In this document: piece by piece, positions 61,589 to 64,000 of the stretch
How the letters are laid out: every line of letters starts with the position of its first letter
How positions within the stretch are numbered: the first letter of the stretch is position 1
Assembly (NCBI GenBank): GCA_023460995.1
Contig: JAEWOE010000006.1
Location: 774,927 to 838,926, forward strand
Source of the DNA: Bacillota bacterium
GTDB taxonomy: Bacteria; Bacillota_I; Bacilli_A; RF39; UBA660
Direction of reading: 5' to 3'
Length of the DNA stretch: 64,000 bases
Notes under the pieces: model-generated
Database searches by the model: none
What the model was told of the DNA's origin: nothing
The model's input: the letters and a program-made list of their open reading frames with translations, nothing else
Translations under genes and position numbers: made by a program

Positions 61589-62158
61589 ATGAAGAAAGTT
61601 TTAAATGTTAAGAATATAAAAAACATTAAAAACATTAGAAGTATTTTATTAACGTCTTTAGCTGTAGTATTAGTATTAATTTCTGTATTTACTTTAATTG
61701 TAATTAAAAGTGATTATTCTTTCGAACTAAAATTTAATAATGAAGAATTCAGTTTCTTTAATGATGAAACACTATACTTTAATAGCGCTGTTGATATAGA
61801 TTTTGCTGGTAAAGGTTATACCACAAAATTAAACGGTGATAAGATTAAAAATAATATGACAATTACGGAAGATGGCATATATATTTTAGAAATCTCTAAG
61901 CTAATTAAGCACTACTCAGTAACGATTAAAATTGACAGTAATCCTGATATATATTTGATAGATAATGGTGGTAATATAATACATAATTATTTATCAAATT
62001 GTAATCCATTTAAAGTTGTAAAAACTAGTGATGATGTCAGTGTATATGTAAATAACATTGCTTATACAAACGATACTGTTATAGATGAAGCTAATAATTA
62101 TTTAGTTACTACTGATGATAATATATATACTGTAAATATAATAAGTTTAGATAATTAG
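61589..62158 (+). CDS. Hypothetical N-terminally membrane-anchored protein
   Basis: ORF with AGGGTG RBS; TM LLTSLAVVLVLISVFTLIVI. Confidence 0.4.
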   Translation: MKKVLNVKNIKNIKNIRSILLTSLAVVLVLISVFTLIVIKSDYSFELKFNNEEFSFFNDETLYFNSAVDIDFAGKGYTTKLNGDKIKNNMTITEDGIYILEISKLIKHYSVTIKIDSNPDIYLIDNGGNIIHNYLSNCNPFKVVKTSDDVSVYVNNIAYTNDTVIDEANNYLVTTDDNIYTVNIISLDN

Positions 62159-62214
62159 AGGAATAAGTAAAAAACTTTCTGTTTAATGATATAATTAAAT
62201 AGGAGGTTTTTTCT

Positions 62215-63543
62215 ATGTATAACGATAAAAAAATATTGATTCTTGGTATGGCAAGAAGTGGCTATGAAGTTGCAAAACTTTTAAGTAAGTATGGTAATGA
62301 TATAACTATAACGGATATGAAAGAACAAGATCCAAAACAAGTTAGTGAACTAATAGATTTAGGTGTAAAGTATATAATTACTGATAAACCAGAAAGTTTA
62401 TTAGATGATACATATAATTTACTTGTCAAAAATCCAGGTATTATTAAAACTCATCCTTGCGTAGTTAAAGCAAGAGAACTTAATATAAAAGTAATTAATG
62501 AACTTGAGGTAGCTTATTCATTTTTACCTAAAGTAAAAATAGTTGGTATTACAGGTTCAAATGGTAAAACAACTACTACTACTATAATTTATAATATACT
62601 TAAAAAAGCCGGCATTTCTGCTTATTTAGGTGGTAATATAGGTTATCCTTTATCTTCACTAGTGGGAACTGTCAAAGACGGTGATACTTTGATACTAGAA
62701 ATCTCAGATCATCAACTTACTGACATGTATAATTTTAAAACAGATATAAGTGTTCTAACTAATTTATATCAAAATCATTTGGATTTTCATGGCAGTTATG
62801 ATGTTTATAAAGAAATGAAGAAAAGAATATTTAATCATCATACTAAGAATGAAATAGCTATTATAAATATGGGTTCTAGTGATTCACTTGAACTAACTAA
62901 AGATATAGATAGTACTAAAATTTATTTTTCAGCTAACATAAAGTGTGATTGTTATCTTGAAGATAATTACATTGTTTATAAAGATGAAAAAATTATATGT
63001 CTAGATGATATAAAAATGCAAGGATTACATAACTATGAGAATGCTATGTGCGCTATTATGGTAGTAAAAGAGTTTGGAGTATCTAATGATATTATAAAAT
63101 CTATTCTTCTTACATTTGGTGGAGTTGAACATCGTATGGAGTATGTTAGAACTTATAAGGAAAGAGATTTCTATAATGACAGTAAATCTACTAATGTTGA
63201 TTCTACCATTATAGCTTTAAATTCTTTTAATAGACCTACTGTGTTAATTATGGGAGGACTCGATAGAGGACACTCTTTCGACGATTTAAAAGGGCATATT
63301 CAAAATGTTAGATATGTAATTTGTTATGGTGAAACTAAAGAGAGAATATACTCTTGGTGTAAAGAAAATGGTATAGAGTGTATTATTACAAATAGTTTAA
63401 TTGAAGCAACTACTGAAGCATGGAATAAATCAAAAGAGAAGGACATCATTCTTTTGTCGCCAGCTTGTGCTTCATGGGATCAATATGAGCGTTTTGAAGA
63501 CCGTGGTGATGAGTTTAAAAATGAAGTTTATAGAATAAAATAG
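62215..63543 (+). CDS. murD: UDP-N-acetylmuramoyl-L-alanine--D-glutamate ligase
   Basis: Mur ligase motifs GITGSNGKTTTT and DGDTLILE; 442 aa. Confidence 0.9.
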   Translation: MYNDKKILILGMARSGYEVAKLLSKYGNDITITDMKEQDPKQVSELIDLGVKYIITDKPESLLDDTYNLLVKNPGIIKTHPCVVKARELNIKVINELEVAYSFLPKVKIVGITGSNGKTTTTTIIYNILKKAGISAYLGGNIGYPLSSLVGTVKDGDTLILEISDHQLTDMYNFKTDISVLTNLYQNHLDFHGSYDVYKEMKKRIFNHHTKNEIAIINMGSSDSLELTKDIDSTKIYFSANIKCDCYLEDNYIVYKDEKIICLDDIKMQGLHNYENAMCAIMVVKEFGVSNDIIKSILLTFGGVEHRMEYVRTYKERDFYNDSKSTNVDSTIIALNSFNRPTVLIMGGLDRGHSFDDLKGHIQNVRYVICYGETKERIYSWCKENGIECIITNSLIEATTEAWNKSKEKDIILLSPACASWDQYERFEDRGDEFKNEVYRIK

Positions 63544-63624
63544 ATAGCCGTATGACTATCTTTTTATTTGATTTGATTGACTACCCTAGATATATATTAT
63601 ATAATTTAAATAGTAGGTGGTAAC

Positions 63625-64000
63625 ATGAAGAATAATAAGGGTTTTACATTAATTGAACTTATGGGTATTTTAGTAGTAATGGCAGTGATTTTTGGTATTG
63701 CCTATCCTGTTTATACTGAAATAACTAAACAAAATAAAGATGATTTATTTAGAGATAATTTAAGAAATGCAATATCTATTATTAGAACTATAAATGTAGT
63801 TGAATTTCAGGAGACAAATGGTTGTTTAAAAAACATTGAAACTAAAGGTACTAAACTTACTGGAAGCTGGGAACTTTCTGAAGATACTATCATTATTCAT
63901 AATGTTAGCGATGGTATTAGATCAATAATAAATTTATCAGAAGATAAATTAAATAAAAATTTTAATGTAGAAAGACAGGCACTGGCAGAGACTTGTAGTT
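63625..64000 (+). CDS. Another prepilin-type protein, 3'-truncated by the window end
   Basis: MKNNKGFTLIELMGILVVMAVIFGIAYP; AGGTGG RBS; frame open to the window end. Confidence 0.7.
   Translation, partial: MKNNKGFTLIELMGILVVMAVIFGIAYPVYTEITKQNKDDLFRDNLRNAISIIRTINVVEFQETNGCLKNIETKGTKLTGSWELSEDTIIIHNVSDGIRSIINLSEDKLNKNFNVERQALAETCS

Overview
This is a very AT-rich chromosomal segment of a spore-forming, low-GC Firmicute (Clostridia-like). The housekeeping backbone I can recognise is dnaB/dnaD-like, dnaI, T-box-regulated thrS, spoIIIAH, gerE, gerM-like, two tRNA-Arg genes, gmk, cotE, rpsP, a KH-domain protein, uppS, cdsA, rseP, pyrG, a NifS-like cysteine desulfurase and murD, with several ABC transporters. 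Interleaved with this backbone are at least nine genes whose products start with a type IV prepilin (class III) signal and methylation motif, (K/R)GFTL(I/V)ELL followed by a hydrophobic helix. Each of these carries a large, different C-terminal module. Two have about 750 aa of GLUG-like beta-helix repeats. Three paralogues carry a lectin-like domain that I read as DUF1566-like. One 963-aa protein carries DUF5011 Ig-like repeats. One 907-aa protein carries DUF5011 plus about 20 DUF285/BspA-type LRR repeats. There is also one short minor pilin and one gene cut off by the window end. I see no T4P assembly genes (pilB, pilC, pilD, pilM, pilT) in the window. The pilin-lectin genes sit in a cassette that has been segmentally duplicated together with a membrane-anchored beta-propeller-like protein. 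Each copy is framed by a perfectly palindromic terminator hairpin (6 copies) and a conserved promoter and 5'UTR cassette (3 copies). One copy carries an in-frame TAA. Between the two cassette copies lies a GC-richer, highly structured roughly 220-nt element that looks like an unannotated ncRNA. Other points are a duplicated two-gene module encoding secreted proteins with a shared C-terminal double-TM domain next to an M23 peptidase, a GtrB-like GT2 paired with a large membrane protein directly upstream of the largest pilin, an HD-GYP protein with a degenerate receiver next to a pilin-lectin gene, and a thrS that lacks the TGS domain behind a T-box leader ORF. I found no transposases, integrases or CRISPR arrays.
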